Shown here piece after piece: positions 9,070 to 18,206 of a stretch of DNA of 64,000 bases. The notes below the pieces were generated by a model, which worked only from the letters and a program-made list of their open reading frames with translations, had not been told where the DNA came from and made no database searches. The number at the start of each line of letters is the position of its first letter. Position 1 is the stretch's first letter. The position numbers were made by a program, and so were the translations under genes. Origin of the DNA: Armatimonadota bacterium (GTDB lineage Bacteria > Armatimonadota > UBA5829 > DSUL01); contig JBDHZC010000003.1 of NCBI GenBank assembly GCA_039811685.1, positions 32,001 through 96,000 on the forward strand, given 5' to 3'.

Positions 9070-10944
9070 ATGGAGCTATTTCGACTTTGCATACATGGGC
9101 TGGGAGTTGCGATTCTACTGGCTTTGGTGGCTTCGTTTGCCGGAGCGGAAGAGTATCAGGGTGCAAAAGCGACCGCCAGAGAGTTAGCTATGCTGAAAAC
9201 GTTGAAAACAGACCACCCACGCGTCCTCATTACGGATGCTGATATCGAGCGCGTTCGCTCGCTGCTGAAAACTGATAAAGCAGTCCGGAAGATGCGAGAC
9301 GTGGTGTTCAAGCAGGCCCAGGACGTTTTGTCGCAAGAGCCTGTAGAGCACGTTCTGATCGGGCCGCGGCTTCTCACTCAGAGCCGCCGGGCCGTGTCCC
9401 GCGTGACAACTCTCGGAGTGGCGTACCGGCTTACCGGAGAACGAAAATATGCCGAGCGTGCGCGCACGGAGATGCTGACAGCCGCTGCGTTTCCGGACTG
9501 GAACCCTTCCCACTTTCTTGACACAGCAGAGATGACCAATGCCCTGGCCATCGGGTACGACTGTTTCTACCGCGATCTCAGCCCTGCCGACAGGTCAACG
9601 ATAAGCAAGGCTATCGTCAGGCTGGGGCTGTTGCCCGGGCTTTCCATTTATGAAAAGCAGACGGGATGGGCGGTGGATGCGTTCAACTGGAATCAGGTGT
9701 GCAACGGCGGAATGCTGTCTGGCGCTCTGGCTATCGCTGACGAAGAACCAGACCTCGCCGCGCGCATTGTCTCTTTTGCGGTGAAAGCGCTGCCCTTCGC
9801 TATGAATACCTACGAACCTGACGGTGCGTGGCCGGAAGGGCCGGGCTACTGGGCATATGCCACATCGTATAGCGTTTACGCTCTTGCGGCTTTACAGAAT
9901 TCACTCGGGACGGACTTCGGTCTTGGTCAGGCAAGAGGGCTTATTGAAAGCGGCATGTTTCGGTTTCACAGTACAGGTCCACTGGGCCTTACGTTCAATT
10001 TTGCTGACAGCGCAGAAATAATCGGACGAGCGCCGGATCTGTTCTGGATGAGCCGGCGTTTTGACAGGCCGCTTTACGCCTGGCTTGAGCGCCATCATTT
10101 CAGGGACCCAAACGCTCTGGATCTATTGTGGTACGATCCTCGCGGGAGCGGGCCGAAGGCCGATCGTGTTCCCCTGGATGCCCACTTTACGGCAGCGGGC
10201 GTCGTCTTTATGCGCAGCGCCTGGGAGGATTCAGATGCGCTGTACGTAGGGTTCAAAGGAGGGGATAACACTGTCAATCACTCCCATCTTGACCTTGGAA
10301 CCTTTGTGCTGGACGCCCTTGGGCAGAGGTGGGTTGCGGAGCTTGGCCCGGATGACTACAATCTTCCCGGATACTGGGACACAGCAAACCGTCGCTGGAG
10401 CTACTATCGTCTGGGAACACCGGGACAGAACACGCTTGTTCTCGACAATCAGAACCAGAAGTACCACGCAAGAGCGCCTGTGACAGCGTTCTCACCGGAT
10501 TCAGAATCTCCGTTCGCCATCGCCGATCTGTCCGAGGGCTACGTCCCTGTTGCGTCAAGCGTCAGGCGCGGTGTCGCCATGCCCGGCCGCCGCAGCGTGG
10601 TTATTCAGGATGAGATCAGGGCGCCTGAGCCGATAGAGGTATCCTGGCGCGTTCACACCCGCGCCAGCGTCACTGTCGCCGGACGCACGGCCACCATGAC
10701 GCAGGAGGGCCGGACACTGGAAGCGCGCTTGCTGGAGCCTGCCGACGCCTCATTTGCAGTCGAGTCGGCCGCCCAGGAGCCGCCTCAAAACCGTAATGAA
10801 GGGGTACTGCGCCTGATGGTGAAGCTTCCGGGCAAAGTTACTCAGACGCGCATTGTCGTGCAGTTTGCGCCCATGACCAAAGGCAAAAGAGCTTTGGATT
10901 ATCACGTGAAATCACTTTCCGAGTGGAAGCCGGGAGGCATGTGA
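9070..10944 (+). CDS. Heparinase II/III-family polysaccharide lyase-like protein
   Basis: HPR, FPDWNPSHFLDTAEM, NWNQVCNGG, EGPGYW.Y and HSHLDLGTF motifs; signal peptide from ATG 9070. Confidence 0.8.
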   Translation: MELFRLCIHGLGVAILLALVASFAGAEEYQGAKATARELAMLKTLKTDHPRVLITDADIERVRSLLKTDKAVRKMRDVVFKQAQDVLSQEPVEHVLIGPRLLTQSRRAVSRVTTLGVAYRLTGERKYAERARTEMLTAAAFPDWNPSHFLDTAEMTNALAIGYDCFYRDLSPADRSTISKAIVRLGLLPGLSIYEKQTGWAVDAFNWNQVCNGGMLSGALAIADEEPDLAARIVSFAVKALPFAMNTYEPDGAWPEGPGYWAYATSYSVYALAALQNSLGTDFGLGQARGLIESGMFRFHSTGPLGLTFNFADSAEIIGRAPDLFWMSRRFDRPLYAWLERHHFRDPNALDLLWYDPRGSGPKADRVPLDAHFTAAGVVFMRSAWEDSDALYVGFKGGDNTVNHSHLDLGTFVLDALGQRWVAELGPDDYNLPGYWDTANRRWSYYRLGTPGQNTLVLDNQNQKYHARAPVTAFSPDSESPFAIADLSEGYVPVASSVRRGVAMPGRRSVVIQDEIRAPEPIEVSWRVHTRASVTVAGRTATMTQEGRTLEARLLEPADASFAVESAAQEPPQNRNEGVLRLMVKLPGKVTQTRIVVQFAPMTKGKRALDYHVKSLSEWKPGGM

Positions 10945-11023
10945 GCCGTGTGCCTTGCGGCATCCAGCACAATCTCTGCAGTGCCCCTGCCGCCACCGGC
11001 CGGCAGTAGGATTCCTGGTTCAT

Positions 11024-12406
11024 TTGAAAATCGCTGATCTGTTGTCTGCTGAGGGAGTCCGTCTCTATCCGGCCTCTATCAAAGACGTGTGCGGCGGCCG
11101 TGTATTCGTTGCATCGAAAGACGGCCAGAAGTATGTCGGCTCAGAAGGTGTAGAACTGCCAGAAAGGCCGGACACCGTCATTGCCACAACTGCGTTACGC
11201 AGGCTCACCTGGCCTGTCTATGAAGCCCTGCGCAGCCTGACAGACCTGCGCCCGTCAATCTGTGATAGTTCTGCGTCTTTCGGCACGGGCGACCGCCTCG
11301 GAATGGTCACCGCTGCCCATCTGCAAGCTGTCAGCCACTCTCCTCTTTTCCCCGTGGTGGCTCAGCAGTCCCCGCGCGAGCTCAAACTAACCCGCCGCAG
11401 CTTTCAGTCCGTTCTTTGCGACGCTGCGCTCGGCGTTCTGGAAAGCGGCTACAGCGGGAGATGGGGGGCTGACGCCGATCACATCAAAGCTGAAAGTGAC
11501 CTTATGGATGCCGTACGCGCGGGATACACGATGTATACGCTGGATCTCAGCGACTGGACTCCGAGCGCCTTTGCGTCAGACAGCGCTCTCTCCAGCCTCA
11601 GCCGCCAGATCATCACCGAATGGGCGGGCAAAAGCATCCGCGAAGGCGCAGTCTGCGCGCGTTTTACAGAGGAGGACCTGACAGAGTCCGCCGCCGTCTA
11701 TGAAAAAGCTCTGCAGAGCGCGGTCAACTACAACCGCATCATCCGGAGCTCCCTCAGCGCCTTCGATCTGGAGATCTCCATTGACGAAGGCGATCGCTTG
11801 ACCACCCCCGCTGACCATCTCTATGTCGCGCAGTTCCTCAGGCGCTCCGGTGTCCGCATTTTCAGCATCGCCCCGCGCTTTCCAGGGGAGTTCCAGAAGG
11901 GGATTGACTACGTCGGAGACCTGAGCGAACTGAAGCGCTCCTTTGACACCCATGCCGCCCTGGCGCGAGCCACCGGAGACCACCGTCTGTCTCTGCACTC
12001 GGGAAGCGACAAGTTCAGTGTGTACGGCATGTTCGCGGAGGCGACGCGCGGGCGCTATCACGTCAAGACCTCCGGGACAAGCTGGCTGGAAGCTGTGGGG
12101 GCGGTTGCTCTGGCGGACAGAGCGCTCTTCAGCGACCTCTACCGTGCCTCGTTGGATGCGCTGAACGCCAACAAGAAGCTCTACCACATCTTCATCACAG
12201 TGGATGACTTCCCGTCAGAAGTTCCGCAGGACATCGCCGCCTTCTTCCGGGAAAACAACACGCGGCAGCTCTTTCACGTGTCTTACGGAACGCTGCTGGA
12301 TGCCTTTGGAGAGCGCATCCGCCGGGCGCTTGAGTCCACAGAAGACCTCCACTACAGGTCCGTCTCGGAGCATATTCTCAAGCACGTAACGGAACTCACA
12401 GCCTGA
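11024..12406 (+). CDS. uxaE: Tagaturonate/fructuronate epimerase
   Basis: SFGTGDRLG, AQQSPRE, GADADHIK, EISIDE, GEFQKGIDY, LSLHSGSDKFS and HVKTSGTSWLEA motifs; start uncertain (TTG 11024; ORF opens at 10955). Confidence 0.9.
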   Translation: MKIADLLSAEGVRLYPASIKDVCGGRVFVASKDGQKYVGSEGVELPERPDTVIATTALRRLTWPVYEALRSLTDLRPSICDSSASFGTGDRLGMVTAAHLQAVSHSPLFPVVAQQSPRELKLTRRSFQSVLCDAALGVLESGYSGRWGADADHIKAESDLMDAVRAGYTMYTLDLSDWTPSAFASDSALSSLSRQIITEWAGKSIREGAVCARFTEEDLTESAAVYEKALQSAVNYNRIIRSSLSAFDLEISIDEGDRLTTPADHLYVAQFLRRSGVRIFSIAPRFPGEFQKGIDYVGDLSELKRSFDTHAALARATGDHRLSLHSGSDKFSVYGMFAEATRGRYHVKTSGTSWLEAVGAVALADRALFSDLYRASLDALNANKKLYHIFITVDDFPSEVPQDIAAFFRENNTRQLFHVSYGTLLDAFGERIRRALESTEDLHYRSVSEHILKHVTELTA

Positions 12407-12441
12407 AAAAGTCGCTGCCTGGAGAGCTCAGCAGAACCGCT

Positions 12442-13554
12442 TTACTGCGCCAGGTTCTCAACCGCAGAAATCAACTCGGACACCGGCATCCGCGCCACGG
12501 CGGTATAGTGGTTGCGGTCGTGAATCCACGAGACCGCGGCATGTCCATCATCGTCCTGACGCGCTGAGGCGGAGTCAGTCCCGGGAATCCGCACAGAATG
12601 CCACTCGTCCGCGGCAGCCAGTTTTGCTTTCTTTGTATTGTCGCCTGTCTGCTTGACAAAGATGGAGATGGACTTGAGTCCGTCCGAATACAGGCACTGA
12701 GTTGAGTGGTTACCGCTCTGGCGCACCTGTCTGGCTGGTTTCACGACGGAACGCAAACGCAGATGTCCGGCGACTACCGGAAGTCCCAGGTCTCTTGCTT
12801 CGGATGTCAGGTTGTCCCGGCGCTGCGACGATGCGACGAGATGGCGCGCGGGCGCTTTGAACTGAGGTTGAAAATCCTGGTCGCTCACCGCTGGTCTGAC
12901 AATGACGTCGCTCAACGTCACGCGCCGCAGCGTACGCCCGTGTGCGTCATATTCCTCAATTCGCAGGGCGCGTCCGGTCTCCTCGTCTATCCATCGGCGC
13001 TCCACCACTGCTCCTGATCGTCCTTTTAGCACCAGAACGGAAGCGCTACGCCCGTCCACCACATCAGCAGTTGCGCCCAACTCTCGTTTCCAGCCGTCTG
13101 ACGTAGAGTCATCCAGACTGTTGTCGCCGGCCGGAGCACTGCGCCGTACAACAGTGCTTGTGCGCGGCTCGTACTGCCAGATATGGTGACCGTCACTGAT
13201 AACTACGCGCCCTCGCGAACTCTGATCGTCCGTATACTTCAGCCGGTAGCGCCCGCCGGGGCCTTCCAGCAAACGAAAGACACGTACACGCGCCTTCCCC
13301 GAAGCGGGATATGTCTGAATAGTAGCCGTAGCGCTGATGGGTACCTCGCGAGACGCGCGCACGTTTTTTGTCCACAGAGCATTTGCTGCTTGCTCAGAGG
13401 TAGTGGCAGGCCTGCCGGAAGCGTGCGCGCTCTCGTGCAGGCGCCGTGATGTGCATGACGACAGCGCGAGGGACACTGCCACACACATCACGGCGGTTGG
13501 AACCCATCCCCGGTGGCGCCCGTCCCGCAGCCAGATTACTTTGGGACGCGGCAC
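12442..13554 (-). CDS. MucB/RseB-like (LolA-fold) sigma regulatory lipoprotein
   Basis: LALSSC lipobox; VVISDG..IWQYEP, RWIDEETG..LR and YSDGLKSISIF motifs; third gene after ECF sigma and anti-sigma; likely GTG start at 13554. Confidence 0.7.
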   Translation of the reverse strand: MPRPKVIWLRDGRHRGWVPTAVMCVAVSLALSSCTSRRLHESAHASGRPATTSEQAANALWTKNVRASREVPISATATIQTYPASGKARVRVFRLLEGPGGRYRLKYTDDQSSRGRVVISDGHHIWQYEPRTSTVVRRSAPAGDNSLDDSTSDGWKRELGATADVVDGRSASVLVLKGRSGAVVERRWIDEETGRALRIEEYDAHGRTLRRVTLSDVIVRPAVSDQDFQPQFKAPARHLVASSQRRDNLTSEARDLGLPVVAGHLRLRSVVKPARQVRQSGNHSTQCLYSDGLKSISIFVKQTGDNTKKAKLAAADEWHSVRIPGTDSASARQDDDGHAAVSWIHDRNHYTAVARMPVSELISAVENLAQ

Positions 13555-13555
13555 T

Positions 13556-14107
13556 CTACAGGTTCCCCTGCACGCGGTTGTCAGCCTCGTCCAGAAGCGC
13601 CGCCTGCGCCTCTGCACGTACATCGTGATGCAGCACGGGATCTCCCGCACTGAGATCTGGCGCCTGCACGTCGTGAAGGTGATAGAGCTGTGACAGCTCT
13701 GAAGCTGCTGGGGGATTTATCTGCACTGGTTCTGATCCTGGAATGAGAATAAATGCGCCCACAACGACAGCTACTGCCGCAGCGGTGGCAAGTGCCGGTT
13801 GCCACGTTACCACTGGCCACCTCAGTAATGGCCACCTCAGCGATCTCCCCGCGACTTTTGATTGTGCAGCTTCACCCGAACGCACAGAAGCCTCCAGGCG
13901 GCTGAAGACCCGCTCTCTCATCTGCTGTGAGCCACCGGGCGTTGACAAGCCGCGCAGCGCCAGCCGCACGTTCTGCAACTCATCCTGAACGCGTCGGCAT
14001 TCAGCGCACTCAGACAGATGCTGAGCAGCCCGGGTCGCTTCTCGGGCACTCATATCGTTGTCCAGTAAGCGGCTCATATTCTGTTGAAGCCATTTGCACG
14101 TGTTCAT
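13556..14107 (-). CDS. Zinc-binding anti-sigma factor (zf-HC2)
   Basis: C..........LD..........HLSECAEC motif and one TM helix; immediately downstream of the ECF sigma. Confidence 0.85.
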   Translation of the reverse strand: MNTCKWLQQNMSRLLDNDMSAREATRAAQHLSECAECRRVQDELQNVRLALRGLSTPGGSQQMRERVFSRLEASVRSGEAAQSKVAGRSLRWPLLRWPVVTWQPALATAAAVAVVVGAFILIPGSEPVQINPPAASELSQLYHLHDVQAPDLSAGDPVLHHDVRAEAQAALLDEADNRVQGNL

Positions 14108-14168
14108 CTCTTGTTGCCAGTCTTTCTGTGTTCACCCCGCCAATCTGCCCTGCAACAGGCGTCTGTAT

Positions 14169-14774
14169 CTAGGCCCTGGAAGGTGAAACCGATTTGCACT
14201 TCATCAGCGCCTGGCGAAGTTGATTGCGTCCGCGATGTATCCGTGATCTCACGGTTCCAAGCGGCAACGCCAGCGCCTGCGCAATTTCCTGATAGTCCAT
14301 CTGTTCAACATCACACAGTAGAACGGCAATTCTGAAGTCTTCGGAAAGGCTGCTCAGCGCCTCTTCCATTTCCTCTGAAATCATCGGGTCGATCAGCGCG
14401 TGGAGGGGATCAGAACCGGTGTCTGCGACGTCCCGTTGGACGGATTCTCCTGACTCGTCCAACCACGCTGTGTCCATGCTCTCAGTCTTGCGCACTTTTG
14501 CGCGCCGCGCCATATCGATGCGGTTGGTCGTCAGAATACGAAACATCCATCTGTCGAAGCCGCTTCCGCGATACTGATCGAAAGACTGAAAAGCTTCCAC
14601 CAGACTGTCTGAGAGCAGATCTTCCGCGTCATCGCTATTGCCACACAGCCGGTACGCGTAACGGTAGAAGCGGTCCCAATCACGGGCCACCATCCCTTCG
14701 AAAGCTCTCAGCTTGTCGGCGGTCTGGTCGCTTGTTCGCTCGCCAAACCTGGTCAAGGCAAATGCTACTCCCAC
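14169..14774 (-). CDS. ECF RNA polymerase sigma-70 factor
   Basis: DAEDL, F.RWMFRI..N and YQEIA..L.LPLGTVRSRIHRGR region 2 and region 4 motifs. Confidence 0.95.
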   Translation of the reverse strand: MGVAFALTRFGERTSDQTADKLRAFEGMVARDWDRFYRYAYRLCGNSDDAEDLLSDSLVEAFQSFDQYRGSGFDRWMFRILTTNRIDMARRAKVRKTESMDTAWLDESGESVQRDVADTGSDPLHALIDPMISEEMEEALSSLSEDFRIAVLLCDVEQMDYQEIAQALALPLGTVRSRIHRGRNQLRQALMKCKSVSPSRA

Positions 14775-14821
14775 TGGACTCAGTACTCCTCATCTTCTGG
14801 CTGTGGAACCTGCACGATAAA

Positions 14822-14848
14822 CAGCGCACCACGCACCGCGATAGTTCC
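14822..14848 (-). promoter_or_regulatory. Candidate autoregulatory ECF promoter
   Basis: Minus-strand GGAAC-N17-CGCTG upstream of the ECF gene; a similar GGAAC-N18-CGCCA lies at 15449-15477. Confidence 0.35.
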
Positions 14849-14903
14849 GGCCTGAGGCTGAGTCTTGTTGAAATTGTAGCGTTAATATACCCGCAGTTAA
14901 GCC

Positions 14904-14943
14904 AAAAAAGAACAACCCTGAGAAGCGTCTGCTCTCAGGGTTG
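14904..14943 (-). terminator. Intrinsic terminator of the basic small-protein gene
   Basis: 11-bp stem CAACCCTGAGA/TCTCAGGGTTG followed on the minus strand by TTCTTTTTT. Confidence 0.8.
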
Positions 14944-14972
14944 CCTTAGCCTTCGACCTTATGTGATGTTCT

Positions 14973-15314
14973 CTATTTGGTTTTTTTCGATGAGGCGCTC
15001 TTGGATATGGAGTGGGCCTTCGAAGTCTTAGACTTCGCCGTCTTGGAATGTGCCTTGCGCGTAGCCTTGTGCGTCGAGGACTTAGCGTGTGTCTTGTGCG
15101 TCGCGCTCGTGGCCTTCTTGCTGGGATGCGCCGCCTTGCTGGTGGAAGGCGCTAGAGTCGTCTTCACGGCCGCAGTCTTAGCTGACGATGCCGCAGTCGT
15201 CGTCTTGGCCGCCTTGACGGTCTTTGCAGTCGCAGCATGCACGGGGCCGAGTCCCAACCCGCCCAGAAATACTGCGGAAACCGCGAGTGCAATGAGTCTT
15301 GATACGATCTTCAT
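14973..15314 (-). CDS. Small secreted Lys/Ala/Thr/Ser/His-rich basic protein (Asr- or histone-H1-like composition)
   Basis: Signal peptide ending VHA, then a low-complexity basic region; AAGGA RBS; own terminator. Confidence 0.7.
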   Translation of the reverse strand: MKIVSRLIALAVSAVFLGGLGLGPVHAATAKTVKAAKTTTAASSAKTAAVKTTLAPSTSKAAHPSKKATSATHKTHAKSSTHKATRKAHSKTAKSKTSKAHSISKSASSKKTK

Positions 15315-15540
15315 AGAACTGTCCTTGTACCTCTCTGGCAAATGCCCGGTCATCAAAGATGACCTTGGCGGGAGGACTAACTTTATCTGACCCTCCCAGC
15401 CGTATTGTCTCGCCTGATATCCTGTTGGAACTGGTTGAGACGGTGAGAATGGCGCATGGACAGAACCGATAAGTTCCTGAAGGAAAAAATTCTTTGCAGT
15501 TCATCAGACCGGCCGGAGTGCCGCCGAGGAACCGCAGTAT

Positions 15541-16068
15541 CTAGCTTTTCACGCCAACGTCGCGCCTGTCGTGCCTGCGGTGGCGCAGGGACTGCTGAAT
15601 GGCGGCTTTGTAGGAAGCTGTCACCTCAGCTCCTTTCAGGGCCGCTTCCGCGTCGCGTCCCGGAATACGCTCCAGGGCCATGCGCGCATACTCCCTTACG
15701 TCAGTGTCCGCCAGAAGCGCCTGTATGCCCTGAACCTGCTCCCTGCCGCCAATCAGACCAAGGTACATCAAAGCGTCCGACCGGACAGCCCTTGCGTTTC
15801 CGGCTCTGGTCTGCTTCAGCAGCTCTCCTGACACTGCCTTGCGCTTGCCTGTGTCCTGTCCGGGCTTCGCCGCCGCGTGAACCAGCCGCTTCAGCGCTTC
15901 AGACGCAGCCTTTGCGGCCGCCGGATCATTGCCCTGCATTATCCGCCCGAGCGCCTGCACGGCCGCAGGACCAGCCTCATGCGCTCTGCTGACCGCTTCC
16001 CATCTGGCCGCCGCATCGCTTCCGGCAAGAGCCGCAATCAGCCTCTCTACTGTGATGCCTTCTTCCAT
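15541..16068 (-). CDS. HEAT-repeat protein
   Basis: Ala-rich helical repeats, e.g. LLADTDVREYARMALERIPG; GGAGG RBS; downstream of Gfo/Idh/MocA gene. Confidence 0.75.
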   Translation of the reverse strand: MEEGITVERLIAALAGSDAAARWEAVSRAHEAGPAAVQALGRIMQGNDPAAAKAASEALKRLVHAAAKPGQDTGKRKAVSGELLKQTRAGNARAVRSDALMYLGLIGGREQVQGIQALLADTDVREYARMALERIPGRDAEAALKGAEVTASYKAAIQQSLRHRRHDRRDVGVKS

Positions 16069-16120
16069 TTCAGAACTTTCCTCCCCGCCAACCGCCCCGC
16101 CTGCGCTCTGGCGTGGCTTT

Positions 16121-17449
16121 CTAGCTGGCTGTCCCCGGTATCTCTGCGTTCACGCCTTGCCTGGCCACCATATCCAGGCTCCACGGATAGCGGTAAGGCA
16201 GGGAGATCATCCGGTCGGCCTCCTCATCGTCCACAAAGCGCTCTTTACCCATGTCAAAGGTCACAGGCCGCCCCAGCGTGTAGGCGATGTTGCCAAGAAT
16301 GCACAGCGTCACCACGCGATACGCCGGATCAATGTCCATCACTGGCCGGTCCCCGCTTCTGATGCAGTCAAAGAAGTTCTGAGTGTGCCCCGGACTCTGA
16401 AAGACATGCACGCCTCCTGCGGGGACCTCAAAGCTCTTCGCCTTCTCCTCCGTCTCACAGCCGCCATCTCCCCCCAGCACCACAAGATCGTCTTTGTCCC
16501 CGTAGTAGGTCGCGCCCCATTCGCCGGGCAACCGCGGGTTGGGTTTGCCCGGCTGGCTCCACGTCAGCGTCCAGTCCGGATCGTGGAACGTCCACTTGAC
16601 CTCCATCGTCGCCGGAACGTCATACATCCCCGCCTTCATCGGTGTTCCGCTGGCTTCGCAGCGAACCAGCCCGCGGTAGCCATCGTTATTTGTCAGCCAC
16701 GAGACGATACTGATCGCGTGATTTCCACGGTCCCGTATGAAGCCCTCCCCGTAATCCATCCACCACCGGAAGTTGAAGTGAGCCTTCAGCGGGTGGTAGT
16801 CGCTGTAGCGCGCCGGCCCCAGCCACATATTCCAGTCCAGCTCTTTCGGGACCGGCTGGGCCGTGAACCATTGATCCGTTGTGAAATTCAGCGGATGCCA
16901 GATCTCCACGCGCTGAACCTTGCCGATCATTCCGTTGCGCACGTACTCGCAGGCTTTTCTTGCCGTCGGGTTAGACCGTCCCTGCGCCCCAATCTGCACC
17001 ACACGCCTGTAGTAGCGCGCGGCGTTCAGCATCGCGCGCCCCTCCTGGATGGTTTTGCTGGTCGGCTTCTCTGAGTAAACGTGCTTGCCGGCCTGGCAGG
17101 CGTGCACAGTCATCAGCGCATGCCAGTGGTCCGGTGTCCCGATGAAAACAGCGTCAATGTCCTTGCGGTCCAGAACGCGCCGGTAGTCTTTGTAGAGGTC
17201 GGGCTTCCCCTGGGAGACCCGTTTAGCCCCGGACGCCAGGTGGTTGTCGTCCACGTCGCACAGCGCCGCGGCGTCCGACTGAATGTGGCTGCTGCCCATG
17301 CCTCCGCACCCGATGACCGCCGTTACGATCCGATCGTTAGCGCCGGGCTTTCCAGAGCGGCCGACTACGCCTTCCGGAAGAATCAAAGGGACAGCCACTC
17401 CTGCGGCTGCCCCGGCTATGAACTTGCGTCTTGATATTTTGAGCGCCAT
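16121..17449 (-). CDS. Tat-exported Gfo/Idh/MocA oxidoreductase
   Basis: SRRKFI Tat motif; IGCGGMG, TPDHWH, GKHVYSEKP and LDWNMWLGPA motifs. Confidence 0.93.
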   Translation of the reverse strand: MALKISRRKFIAGAAAGVAVPLILPEGVVGRSGKPGANDRIVTAVIGCGGMGSSHIQSDAAALCDVDDNHLASGAKRVSQGKPDLYKDYRRVLDRKDIDAVFIGTPDHWHALMTVHACQAGKHVYSEKPTSKTIQEGRAMLNAARYYRRVVQIGAQGRSNPTARKACEYVRNGMIGKVQRVEIWHPLNFTTDQWFTAQPVPKELDWNMWLGPARYSDYHPLKAHFNFRWWMDYGEGFIRDRGNHAISIVSWLTNNDGYRGLVRCEASGTPMKAGMYDVPATMEVKWTFHDPDWTLTWSQPGKPNPRLPGEWGATYYGDKDDLVVLGGDGGCETEEKAKSFEVPAGGVHVFQSPGHTQNFFDCIRSGDRPVMDIDPAYRVVTLCILGNIAYTLGRPVTFDMGKERFVDDEEADRMISLPYRYPWSLDMVARQGVNAEIPGTAS

Positions 17450-17573
17450 CCGCTGCGTCTCCCTTCACCCTTCCCGTGAGACTTTGTGGAGGCTTCCACG
17501 TGGACACCAGCGCCTCCTGCAGAGGACGCGCTTCGCCGATGGCGTCGCAAGTATCCTTGCGAAAGAGTAAACT

Positions 17574-18020
17574 CTAGCGGTCTTCTTCGGAGGGCACCGG
17601 CTCGCGCAGGAGGTTGGCAACTTCGGCGTGCATCATCACAACTGATGGCTCGCCCTGCAGCGTCTGCCGGTAGCGCTGCTGGAAAGCGCCCTCAGAGGAG
17701 GTTGGAGTCAGCAGATCGCGCGCCTCGTCCAGCAGGTCCCGGCCGTCTGATGCGGCCACTGGCTCCTTCGCGCTGAGGATTTCATCAATCTTTACAATAA
17801 ACTCGGATACCGGGTGCAGCCAGGCGAACCACTCGTCGGAAACAACCAGCCGGAAGAACTCTCCGCTACTGGCGATCCGGCCATGTGCGCGTTCATAACC
17901 GATGCGCTCAGTATCCAGCAGCGTCTTGTGCAGACGCATCAGGGCGCCGCGCAGATCGCGCAATCGCTGCCGGGAGTTTTCTCCCATAAGAGGGCCAAAC
18001 TCAAATGATTCGTCGTTCAT
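17574..18020 (-). CDS. Conserved hypothetical protein
   Basis: AGGAG RBS; helical protein with LHKTLLD.ER..YE..HG and FAWL.P.S segments. Confidence 0.6.
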   Translation of the reverse strand: MNDESFEFGPLMGENSRQRLRDLRGALMRLHKTLLDTERIGYERAHGRIASSGEFFRLVVSDEWFAWLHPVSEFIVKIDEILSAKEPVAASDGRDLLDEARDLLTPTSSEGAFQQRYRQTLQGEPSVVMMHAEVANLLREPVPSEEDR

Positions 18021-18206
18021 TGTACGTCATGCTCCTGCCTGGTACATGCCATTTTCCTCTGCGGTACTCGCCTTCAGATTCTACCCGTCCTTGCCAATCC
18101 GCGCCTGTGAGTGTCCGTTTTCTCGCCGTGTGCCTTGTTAGCGGTTCAGAGTATTGACCCACAGGTGTGTTATACTCTCGCCAGCGTTCGCTCAAGGAAA
18201 TCGAAA

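Noticed and set aside
15929..17074. 381-aa plus-strand ORF
   Set aside because: Antisense to the well-supported Gfo/Idh/MocA and HEAT genes
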